Shown here: positions 48,544 to 56,577 of the stretch, piece by piece
Layout of the letters: each line of letters opens with the position of its first letter
Position numbering within the stretch: position 1 is the stretch's first letter
Assembly: GCA_036568825.1 (NCBI GenBank)
Contig: DATCRU010000071.1
Location: 25,383 to 89,382, forward strand
Reading direction: 5' to 3'
Length of the DNA: 64,000 bases
Source of the DNA: Mucilaginibacter sp.
GTDB lineage: Bacteria > Bacteroidota > Bacteroidia > Sphingobacteriales > Sphingobacteriaceae
The notes under the pieces: generated by a model
Seen by the model: the letters and a program-made list of their open reading frames with translations, nothing else
What the model was told of the DNA's origin: nothing
Database searches by the model: none
Program-made: the position numbers and the translations under genes

Positions 48544-50223
48544 ATGACAACAAACACATATGATGCGATTGTGATCGGCTCGGGGATATCGGGTGGCTGG
48601 GCCGCAAAAGAACTAACTGAAAAGGGTTTAAAAACCATTATGCTTGAACGTGGTCGCAATATCGAGCACGTAAAGGATTATGTAAATGCTACTAAAGCTC
48701 CCTGGGAATTTCCGCACCGCGGAGGCCGTACCCAGCAAATGATCCACGATTATCCTGTATTAAAAAGAGACTATCCACTTAATGAAACTAACCTGGATTA
48801 CTGGGTAAATGAAAAGGAAAGCCCTTATACTGAAGTCCATCGTTTTGACTGGTTTAGAGGATATCACGTCGGCGGCCGTTCATTAATGTGGGGACGCCAA
48901 AGCTATCGTTGGGCTGATGTAGATTTTGAAGCTAATTTGAAAGATGGCATTGCTGTGGATTGGCCAATTCGCTATAAAGATTTGGAGCCATGGTATAGTT
49001 ACGTAGAAGGTTTTGCAGGAATATCTGGCAACAAAGATGGTTTATCTATCCTGCCTGATGGTAACTTCCAGCCGCCAATGGAAATGAATTGTGTTGAGAA
49101 GGATGTATCGGCAAGATTTAATAGCCTCTACAAAGGTGCGCGTCATATGGTGATCGGTCGTACTGCTAACATTACTAAACCGCTGCCAGGCAGAACCAAC
49201 TGCCAATACCGTAATAAATGCTGGTTGGGTTGTCCGTTTGGCGCTTATTTTAGTACGCAATCATCTACATTACCTGCTGCAGTGAAGACTGGTAATCTGA
49301 CTGTTAGACCATGGTCTATCGTTACCAAAATCCTTTATGATAAGGATACTAAGAAAGCCAAAGGGGTAGAGGTACTGGATGCAGAAACCAACAAAACTTA
49401 CGAGTATTACGCCAAGGTCATTTTCCTTAATGCGTCGACGATCAACTCAGCATGGATTTTAATGAATTCGGCAACCGATATCTGGCCTGATGGTTTGGGT
49501 AGCAGCAGCGGCGAACTGGGTCATAACCTGATGGATCACCACTTAGGTGTAGGGGCAAGTGGCCACGTGGAAGGGTATGAGGATAAATATTATTTCGGTC
49601 GTCGTGCCAATGGTATTTACATACCTCGTTATCGTAACCTGAATGGCGAAAAACGCGATTACATCCGTGGATTCGGTTACCAGGGCCGGGCATCAAGAGA
49701 AAGCTGGAGCCATAGCAGTCCTGAGTTAAGCATTGGTGCCGATTTTAAAGATGCGTTATCAGAACCAGGGCACTGGACAATGAGCATCGGAGGCTTTGGC
49801 GAGACCTTGCCATATCATGAGAATAAAGTCACCCTGGATAAAACAAAGAAAGATAAATGGGGACTGAACATACCGTCTATCGATGCGATCATCCGTGACA
49901 ACGAATTAAAAATGCGCATCGATATGCTGAACGACTCCAAAGAAATGCTTGAAGCAGCAGGAGTGAAGGATGTAAAAACGCATACGATGGAAGGCGTTTT
50001 AGGTCGCGGTATTCACGAGATGGGTACGGCCCGTATGGGTCGTGACCCTAAAACTTCTGTATTGAACGAATGGAACCAGGTATGGGATGCTAAAAACGTG
50101 TTTGTAACCGATGGCGCTTGTATGGTTTCAACCGCTTGCCAAAACCCTTCATTAACTTATATGGCATTAACCGCACGTGCTGTTGATTATGCGGTGAAGG
50201 AATTGAAGAAGGGGAATGTTTAA
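48544..50223 (+). CDS. GMC-family FAD-dependent oxidoreductase
   Basis: DAIVIGSGISGGWAAKEL FAD-binding motif at the extreme N-terminus with no signal peptide, and a GMC C-terminal domain. The track's TTG start at 48535 is also possible. Confidence 0.85.
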   Translation: MTTNTYDAIVIGSGISGGWAAKELTEKGLKTIMLERGRNIEHVKDYVNATKAPWEFPHRGGRTQQMIHDYPVLKRDYPLNETNLDYWVNEKESPYTEVHRFDWFRGYHVGGRSLMWGRQSYRWADVDFEANLKDGIAVDWPIRYKDLEPWYSYVEGFAGISGNKDGLSILPDGNFQPPMEMNCVEKDVSARFNSLYKGARHMVIGRTANITKPLPGRTNCQYRNKCWLGCPFGAYFSTQSSTLPAAVKTGNLTVRPWSIVTKILYDKDTKKAKGVEVLDAETNKTYEYYAKVIFLNASTINSAWILMNSATDIWPDGLGSSSGELGHNLMDHHLGVGASGHVEGYEDKYYFGRRANGIYIPRYRNLNGEKRDYIRGFGYQGRASRESWSHSSPELSIGADFKDALSEPGHWTMSIGGFGETLPYHENKVTLDKTKKDKWGLNIPSIDAIIRDNELKMRIDMLNDSKEMLEAAGVKDVKTHTMEGVLGRGIHEMGTARMGRDPKTSVLNEWNQVWDAKNVFVTDGACMVSTACQNPSLTYMALTARAVDYAVKELKKGNV

Positions 50224-50380
50224 GGTTGGTGAGTGGTTGATTAAGTTGATTGTGTTAAGTGGTTAAAATCTGCGAAATCATTAAATCATTGTAATCAACG
50301 GTTCAGAGAAAAATAATTATTAATTTAAGCCCTTGCAGAAACCAACCTGCGAGGGCTTTTATATTCCTGTAACTTTATTT

Positions 50381-52201
50381 ATGAAAACAATCAAACTTAT
50401 CATTCTTCTTTTTTGTCTGCCGGTATTTCTATTTGCACAATCTGTCAAAATTGTAACCAATCATGTTGGTTATGAGGCTGACGGGCCTAAGAAAGCGATC
50501 ATTGTTGCTGATAGCAAACTGAATATTCCATCATTCACTTTATTTGACTCCAAAACCAATAAGGTAGTCTATAATGGCAAAACTATTTTCAGTGGACCGG
50601 TCGATAAATGGAAAAAGTTCCAGTTTTGGACATTGGATTTTAGTTCTGTAACTACCAATGGCAGTTTCAAATTACAGGCTGTTACTCCACAGGGTACAGT
50701 TTCATCTTATCCATTTGTGATAGGGAAGAATGTACTGGAGCAGGCCACCTTGTCGGATGTGATCTATTATTTCAAAGGGCAACGCAGCTCTGGTTTACTG
50801 GACAAAGCTGATCGTCATTCGCATTTGCAAGGAAAAACTGACACTATTGATGCTCATGGAGGCTGGTATGATGCGACGGGCGATTATGGAAAGCATTTAT
50901 CACATCTTTCTTTTTCGTCTTACTTCAACCCGCAGCAGATATCATTAACTGCTTACAGCTTATTTAAAACTTACGAATTATTGAGTAAGAAACCTGGTAC
51001 TGATTATAGGCAATTCAATCGTAGAATATTGGATGAGGCAATGTATGGCGCTGATTACCTGTGCCGAATGCAAGCAAAAGGCGGAGCTTTTTATCGTTCT
51101 GTTGGCGCACCGGGCCCGGGTAAATTGCCGCAGGACAGAGCGATCGGTCCGGAAGGGAAAAGCTATCGTATTAAAGTTTCCAAGAATGATGATTCGTTCA
51201 AGACCAAATCAGAAGAGCAAGACTGGCGTAGCTATCAATGCAGTTTCCGCTCCGGTGGCGGCATGTCGATAGCAGCTTTGGCTATGGCGTCAACCTATAC
51301 TGTTTCAGGAGATTATTCTAATGCGGATTACCTGAAAGCTGCTGAAAACGCATTTGATTTCCTGGATAAAAACAATGTATCCATGACAAATGATGGAAAG
51401 GAAAATATACTAGATGATTATTGCGCACTTACCGCTGCAACCGAATTATATAAAGCTACCAAGAATGAGAAATATAAAGTCGCAGCAGAGAAACGTACTT
51501 TGTCGCTGATTGGTAGATTAACCACATGGAAAAACTATAAGGATTACTGGCGCGCAGATGATAAAGACCGGCCATTTTTTCATCCATCGGATGCAGGTTT
51601 GCCTGTGGTTAGTTTGGTATATTATTATCCATATGCTTCGGCAAACACACAATCGCAAATTAAAGCGGCTATCCGCAGATCAATGGATTTTGAATTTGCA
51701 ATTACATCTGAGGTGAATAATCCTTTTGGCTATAGCCGTCAATTGACACAGGATACGTTAGGAAATAGAAAAAGTGCTTTCTTCTTTCCGCATGGCAGCG
51801 ATGCTTCACCATGGTGGCAGGGCGAGAATGCACGATTAGGGTCAGAAGCAACTGCAGCAAGATTGGCTGCTGGTTTGTTTACCGACGATAAAGCTTATCA
51901 TGATAAGCTGGAAAGGTTCTCACTTGATCAATTGAATTGGATATTGGGTTTAAACCCATTTGACTCCTGCATGCTGGAAGGGATAGGGCATAATAATCCG
52001 GAATACGGTTTCTTTGGCACTTTTGAATACACTAATGCCCCGGGTGGAATTGTGAATGGGGTTACCTCGGGATTTGAGAATGAGGACGATATTGATCTGA
52101 ATCTTCCATATTCACAAACCGGTAAAGATGCAGACTGGCGCTGGGCCGAACAATGGCTGCCACATGCGGCCTGGTATATGCTGGCTGTTGCCTCGAGATA
52201 G
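50381..52201 (+). CDS. Glycoside hydrolase family 9 with N-terminal Ig-like domain, secreted
   Basis: Starts at MKTIKLIIL, which gives a signal peptide. GH9 signature GGWYDATGDYGKH. Confidence 0.85.
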   Translation: MKTIKLIILLFCLPVFLFAQSVKIVTNHVGYEADGPKKAIIVADSKLNIPSFTLFDSKTNKVVYNGKTIFSGPVDKWKKFQFWTLDFSSVTTNGSFKLQAVTPQGTVSSYPFVIGKNVLEQATLSDVIYYFKGQRSSGLLDKADRHSHLQGKTDTIDAHGGWYDATGDYGKHLSHLSFSSYFNPQQISLTAYSLFKTYELLSKKPGTDYRQFNRRILDEAMYGADYLCRMQAKGGAFYRSVGAPGPGKLPQDRAIGPEGKSYRIKVSKNDDSFKTKSEEQDWRSYQCSFRSGGGMSIAALAMASTYTVSGDYSNADYLKAAENAFDFLDKNNVSMTNDGKENILDDYCALTAATELYKATKNEKYKVAAEKRTLSLIGRLTTWKNYKDYWRADDKDRPFFHPSDAGLPVVSLVYYYPYASANTQSQIKAAIRRSMDFEFAITSEVNNPFGYSRQLTQDTLGNRKSAFFFPHGSDASPWWQGENARLGSEATAARLAAGLFTDDKAYHDKLERFSLDQLNWILGLNPFDSCMLEGIGHNNPEYGFFGTFEYTNAPGGIVNGVTSGFENEDDIDLNLPYSQTGKDADWRWAEQWLPHAAWYMLAVASR

Positions 52202-52300
52202 GCAATATCAAACGTTTGCGTTGATAATAGTTTTTAAATTTCTTTAAAAAGTTCTTTAGTTTATAAGATATTGACTATTATAGACAGAAAATCCAACATT

Positions 52301-53587
52301 ATGCCAGAGACTTCAACCATCGTTACCCCAATTCAAAAGAAAGCAGGAATAAATCCTATCATCATTATTGGTGTTTTATTCTTTGTGTTTGGGTTCATTA
52401 CCTGGCTTAATTCGGTGTTGATACCTTATCTGAAGATCGCTTGTGAATTAACAGTAGGCGAGTCGTACCTGGTGGCATCGGCTTTTTATATTGCCTATCC
52501 ACTTATGGCATTACCTTCAACATTGGTTTTGAAGAAATTTGGTTTCAAAAATGGAATGGCAATTGGGCTGATCATTATAGCGGTAGGAGCGCTATTATTT
52601 ATACCAGCTGCTTTAACTCGTACTTACGGTATTTTCTTGGCAGGGTTATTTGTGCAAGGTATGGGGCTTGCTATACTTCAAACAGCGTCTAACCCATATG
52701 TAGTTGTGCTGGGTCCCCCAGAAAGTGCCGCCAAACGAATTAGTATTATGGGGATTTTTAATAAATCAGCGGGCGCTATCGCTCCGATTGTGCTGGGGAC
52801 GGTCGTACTAAAAAATGTTGATCAGTTAAAAGCTCAACTGAATAAGATGAGTGCGGTTGAAAAAGTACCACATTTGAATGAACTTGCCTCAAGAGTGATC
52901 ACTCCGTACATCTGCATTATGGTATCACTAGTTATATTGGCAATATTAACTTACAGATCAACTTTACCAGAAATTAATACAGAACATGAGGATGAGTCAA
53001 CAGCTTTGGCTAATTCAAATAAAACGAGCTTGTTACAATTTCCTCATTTAATATTAGGTGTGGTTGCGTTGTTTTTATATGTTGGAGCAGAAGTATTAGC
53101 CGGTGATTCCATTATCGGTTATGGGTCAGCACAGAATATACCTTTGTCTACAGCAAAATTCTTCGCAACTTTTACTATGATTTCGATGTTGGTTGGCTAC
53201 GGAATAGGTATTGTTTGTATTCCTAAATATATCTCCCAACAAAAAGCCCTTGTCATTTCAGCTGTATTAGGATTCATTTTTAGTATACTAGCCTTGATAA
53301 CCCATGGTTATGTCTCAGTTTTTTGCATCGCGCTGTTGGGGCTTGCAAATGCACCTATGTGGCCCGCAATATGGCCACTGGCGTTAAATGGCTTAGGAAA
53401 ATTTACCAAAGCAGCGGCGGCTAGGTTGGTTATGGGAATATCCGGAGCTGCTATAATCCCACCACTATATGGTCACTTTGTCGGAATTTATTCAGCTCAA
53501 ACTTCTTATCTTATTTTATTACCAATATACCTGTTCATTCTTTATTATGCGGTGTGGGGACATAAACTAAAGAAATCCAATGCATAA
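52301..53587 (+). CDS. MFS sugar:H+ symporter (FucP / glucose-galactose transporter-like)
   Basis: About 428 aa with 12 TMS, and sequence typical of FucP/GluP. The start is taken at the ATG at 52301. Confidence 0.8.
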   Translation: MPETSTIVTPIQKKAGINPIIIIGVLFFVFGFITWLNSVLIPYLKIACELTVGESYLVASAFYIAYPLMALPSTLVLKKFGFKNGMAIGLIIIAVGALLFIPAALTRTYGIFLAGLFVQGMGLAILQTASNPYVVVLGPPESAAKRISIMGIFNKSAGAIAPIVLGTVVLKNVDQLKAQLNKMSAVEKVPHLNELASRVITPYICIMVSLVILAILTYRSTLPEINTEHEDESTALANSNKTSLLQFPHLILGVVALFLYVGAEVLAGDSIIGYGSAQNIPLSTAKFFATFTMISMLVGYGIGIVCIPKYISQQKALVISAVLGFIFSILALITHGYVSVFCIALLGLANAPMWPAIWPLALNGLGKFTKAAAARLVMGISGAAIIPPLYGHFVGIYSAQTSYLILLPIYLFILYYAVWGHKLKKSNA

Positions 53588-53591
53588 ATTA

Positions 53592-54011
53592 TTAACCCCA
53601 GGCAGTAATAACTATTGTTCGCTGACCTCCATAATTACGGTGTTCGCAGAAGTATATTCCTTGCCATGTACCTAAGGCCAGTTTGCCGTTAGTAATAGGA
53701 ATCGTAACCGAACTACCTAATATTGCTGCTTTTAAATGGGCGGGCATGTCATCAGGGCCTTCATCATCGTGCATATAATCCGGGTCATTTTCGGGGACAC
53801 GTTTGTTGAAATAAATTTCAAAATCCTGGCGCACTGTAGGATCCGCATTTTCGTTAATGCACAGCGATGCCGAGGTATGCTGAATAAACACATGGCAGAC
53901 ACCTGCTTTTATTTCTTGTAAGCCAGGTAATGCATTAATAACCTCCTGTGTGATAAGATGAAACCCTCTTTTTCTTTCTCGCAGATTTACTGTTTGCTGA
54001 TATATTTTCAT
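53592..54011 (-). CDS. YjbQ/UPF0047-family protein (secondary thiamine-phosphate synthase)
   Basis: About 139 aa from MKIYQQTV.. with typical UPF0047 motifs (HTSASL.INEN.DP, DDMPAHLK). Confidence 0.8.
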   Translation of the reverse strand: MKIYQQTVNLRERKRGFHLITQEVINALPGLQEIKAGVCHVFIQHTSASLCINENADPTVRQDFEIYFNKRVPENDPDYMHDDEGPDDMPAHLKAAILGSSVTIPITNGKLALGTWQGIYFCEHRNYGGQRTIVITAWG

Positions 54012-54116
54012 ACTGGATAAACACCTAAATAGGTGTTTGGTTAAAATTTTAATCAAATCCTGACGCACAAATTAAGAAGATCAATTGTTATGTTTTTGTT
54101 ACTAATTATATAAATT

Positions 54117-54290
54117 ATGAAAACACAACCAAATTCAAAAGAAAATAAAGCCGGCCAGGGTAGACCAACTTCCGACCGCGCATTTTCTAATCATAAAGAA
54201 CCAATTAAATCAACCGGTATCAGCAATGGCGGCGGACAGCGCTCGGATCAAACATCCAATCGTGATAACCAGCGAAAACGGGGAGAATAA
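54117..54290 (+). CDS. Small hydrophilic hypothetical protein, 57 aa
   Basis: Not in the track. ATG at 54117 to TAA at 54288-54290 (MKTQPNSKENKAGQGRPTSDRAF..NQRKRGE), followed directly by a good terminator. Coding status is uncertain. Confidence 0.35.
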   Translation: MKTQPNSKENKAGQGRPTSDRAFSNHKEPIKSTGISNGGGQRSDQTSNRDNQRKRGE

Positions 54291-54300
54291 TTTTAACAAA

Positions 54301-54328
54301 AGAGGCCTGCAATACGGGCCTTTTTTGT
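54301..54328 (+). terminator. Rho-independent terminator
   Basis: Stem aggcc/ggcct with a 9-nt loop, followed by TTTTTTG. Confidence 0.6.
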
Positions 54329-54358
54329 TTACTATATTGCACTATTATAAACCTATTT

Positions 54359-55585
54359 ATGGCGAACATCCAACCTTTTAGAGCAATCAGGTCGAACCCT
54401 CTTTATGCAGATCAATTGGTATTTACCTCGTTACAGGTGGAGTCTGTTTCGGGCGATGAGACTAAAGACGGCACATTAGCTCCGTTAAAAACTTTATTGG
54501 AGACAGGAGCGAGATTACGCCCTGAAACGCCGGAAGGACAGGCAAAAGCTTTCCAGGATATAAAGGATACGCTGAAAAAATTGCTTGAGAACGATAAACT
54601 ATGGCATGAACAAGCTCCCGGAATATATGTATACGAAGTTGAACATAAAACTTATCGCCAGACAGGGATTTGGGCATTAACATCATTGGAGGATTATACA
54701 CAAGGTAATATTAAAATACATGAACTGACTTTTGCTGATAGTATCAGGCGTTTAACTAACTATCGTAAAAATACGGGTCTTGAGGGCAGCCCCGTTCTGT
54801 TGGCTTATCATCCCGATATTACCATTAACCGGATCATTGCAGAAACGATAAAGAACAATAAAAAAATCACTTACGGCAATGAGCATGGTCTGCACCATCT
54901 CTGGAAAATAGAAGATCAAACAGTTCAACAGCATCTTATTGATGCATTTGAAAAGATAAAAACCGTTTACCTGGCCGATGGGCATCATCGTTTAGAGTCA
55001 TCAGCTTTATTGGCAGCTGAACAACGAAAAAATGGAACGATAGAATTCGATCATATATCCTCGCTTTATATGGCTACAGATCAATTGCGAATTGAGGAAT
55101 ATGACAGGATAGTGGTTCTTTCAGAAGCAATTGATAAAGAAGCTTTCTTTAATCAGTTAAAACAACATTTTGAAATTCAGCAGGCACAGCAACAAGTACA
55201 GCCCAGAAAGCCGCATCACTTCGGAATGTATTTTGAGAAGAATTGGTTCTCATTAATAGCTAAGCCCTATCTTTATAGTAATACAAGTGCAGCAGCCAAC
55301 CTTGATGCATATATCTTGCAGGAAACTGTATTGGCACCGATCTTTGGCATTGAAGATCCTAAAACAGACCAACGTTTAAAATGCGCAGGAGGTGAAATGG
55401 CCATGGATGAGATCAATGCCATACTAGTCGTTTATCCTGACGCAATTGTATTTACACTTTGCCCTGTAAGTGTTGAGCAACTAATAGCCGTTGCAGAAGC
55501 GGGAGAGATATTGCCGCCCAAATCGACATGGATAGTACCTAAAATACCTTATGCCTTATTACTGCACCATCATTTGACGGAATAA
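54359..55585 (+). CDS. DUF1015-domain protein
   Basis: 408 aa. The N-terminal MANIQPFRAIR and the internal ADGHHR motif are characteristic of DUF1015. Confidence 0.8.
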   Translation: MANIQPFRAIRSNPLYADQLVFTSLQVESVSGDETKDGTLAPLKTLLETGARLRPETPEGQAKAFQDIKDTLKKLLENDKLWHEQAPGIYVYEVEHKTYRQTGIWALTSLEDYTQGNIKIHELTFADSIRRLTNYRKNTGLEGSPVLLAYHPDITINRIIAETIKNNKKITYGNEHGLHHLWKIEDQTVQQHLIDAFEKIKTVYLADGHHRLESSALLAAEQRKNGTIEFDHISSLYMATDQLRIEEYDRIVVLSEAIDKEAFFNQLKQHFEIQQAQQQVQPRKPHHFGMYFEKNWFSLIAKPYLYSNTSAAANLDAYILQETVLAPIFGIEDPKTDQRLKCAGGEMAMDEINAILVVYPDAIVFTLCPVSVEQLIAVAEAGEILPPKSTWIVPKIPYALLLHHHLTE

Positions 55586-55601
55586 TCTAAACAAGTGCAT
55601 T

Positions 55602-55973
55602 ATGAAAATAATCCCGCTATTTAAATGCCGGAACCTAAAAGATGCGATAGATTTTTATACCGGTATACTCGATTTTAAGCTAAAATATACTGACCCATCA
55701 GCTAATAATTGGGGTGGCGTCGACCTGATAAACGAAGGTGCCGAGCTACAACTGACTACATACGAGAGTGACAACTTGTACGGATCAGTGGCAAATGTAT
55801 GGGTTGATGACGTGGATAGTCTGTTCAACAAATACCTTGAACGAGGATTGGATACATCACACAAAAAGAACTCTCCTGTACACCAGGGGCCGCTAAACCA
55901 AACCTGGGGAACAAGAGAGTTCTATATAACTGATAGCGATGGCAATACCTTACGATTTTGCAAATCGTTGTAG
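55602..55973 (+). CDS. VOC/glyoxalase-bleomycin-resistance-family protein
   Basis: 123 aa with single-module VOC-fold sequence (..FYTGILDF.., ..REFYITDSDGNTLRF). Confidence 0.75.
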   Translation: MKIIPLFKCRNLKDAIDFYTGILDFKLKYTDPSANNWGGVDLINEGAELQLTTYESDNLYGSVANVWVDDVDSLFNKYLERGLDTSHKKNSPVHQGPLNQTWGTREFYITDSDGNTLRFCKSL

Positions 55974-55988
55974 TACTTATTAAGCTTA

Positions 55989-56393
55989 TTATTTCTTTGA
56001 GCTTTTTGGAGCTGTAGCTTTTGGCGTTTCCGTTTTAGGTGCTGGTGCTTTAGCCGGAGCAGCTTTTGCTACAGGTTTCTTCGCCGCCGCAACAGGAGCT
56101 GGCTTAGTTGCAGGTTTTGCCTTGGTTGCTGCAGGAGCTTTTTCCACCTTCTTAGCCGCAGCTGTAGGTTTCTTAACTACTGTAGGAGCCGCAGTTTTTT
56201 CAGGCTCTTTAGCTGATTTTAGATTTTTGGTGATTTTCTTGGCTAATTTTTTTGCCTCTTTTTCAATGTCGATCTCTACCTGACCTAATTCGGTTGTTAT
56301 GGTATTTAGTGTTTTTACCAGGCGTTGCTGGATCGATTTGGTTGCTATTTTTTTGGCTGCTTTTGCAGGAGATTCTTGTTTTTCCTTTTTCAT
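55989..56393 (-). CDS. Histone-H1-like Ala/Lys/Pro-rich protein
   Basis: 134 aa. The N-terminal helical part is followed by a ~70-aa low-complexity AKP tail (..KKPTAAAKKVEKAPAATKAKPATKPAPVAAAKKPVAKAAPAK..). Confidence 0.75.
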   Translation of the reverse strand: MKKEKQESPAKAAKKIATKSIQQRLVKTLNTITTELGQVEIDIEKEAKKLAKKITKNLKSAKEPEKTAAPTVVKKPTAAAKKVEKAPAATKAKPATKPAPVAAAKKPVAKAAPAKAPAPKTETPKATAPKSSKK

Positions 56394-56507
56394 GATTTGA
56401 ATAAGTTCAAATGTATATGATAGAAGTATAAATTTAATATTATCTTTTTGTTAAATCAACAAAGTAAAGTTAAGTAGCGGAAAAGCTTTGATAACATTAA
56501 AATTCCT

Positions 56508-56556
56508 CAAAAAGAAACCGTTGCCTTATCCATAAAATGAATATCAGCAACGGTTC
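56508..56556 (-). terminator. Probable terminator after the GH2 gene
   Basis: On the minus strand, a 9-bp stem aaccgttgc/gcaacggtt with a long (22-nt) loop is followed by TCTTTTT. Confidence 0.45.
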
Positions 56557-56577
56557 GGTACTTATAGGATAAGACTA

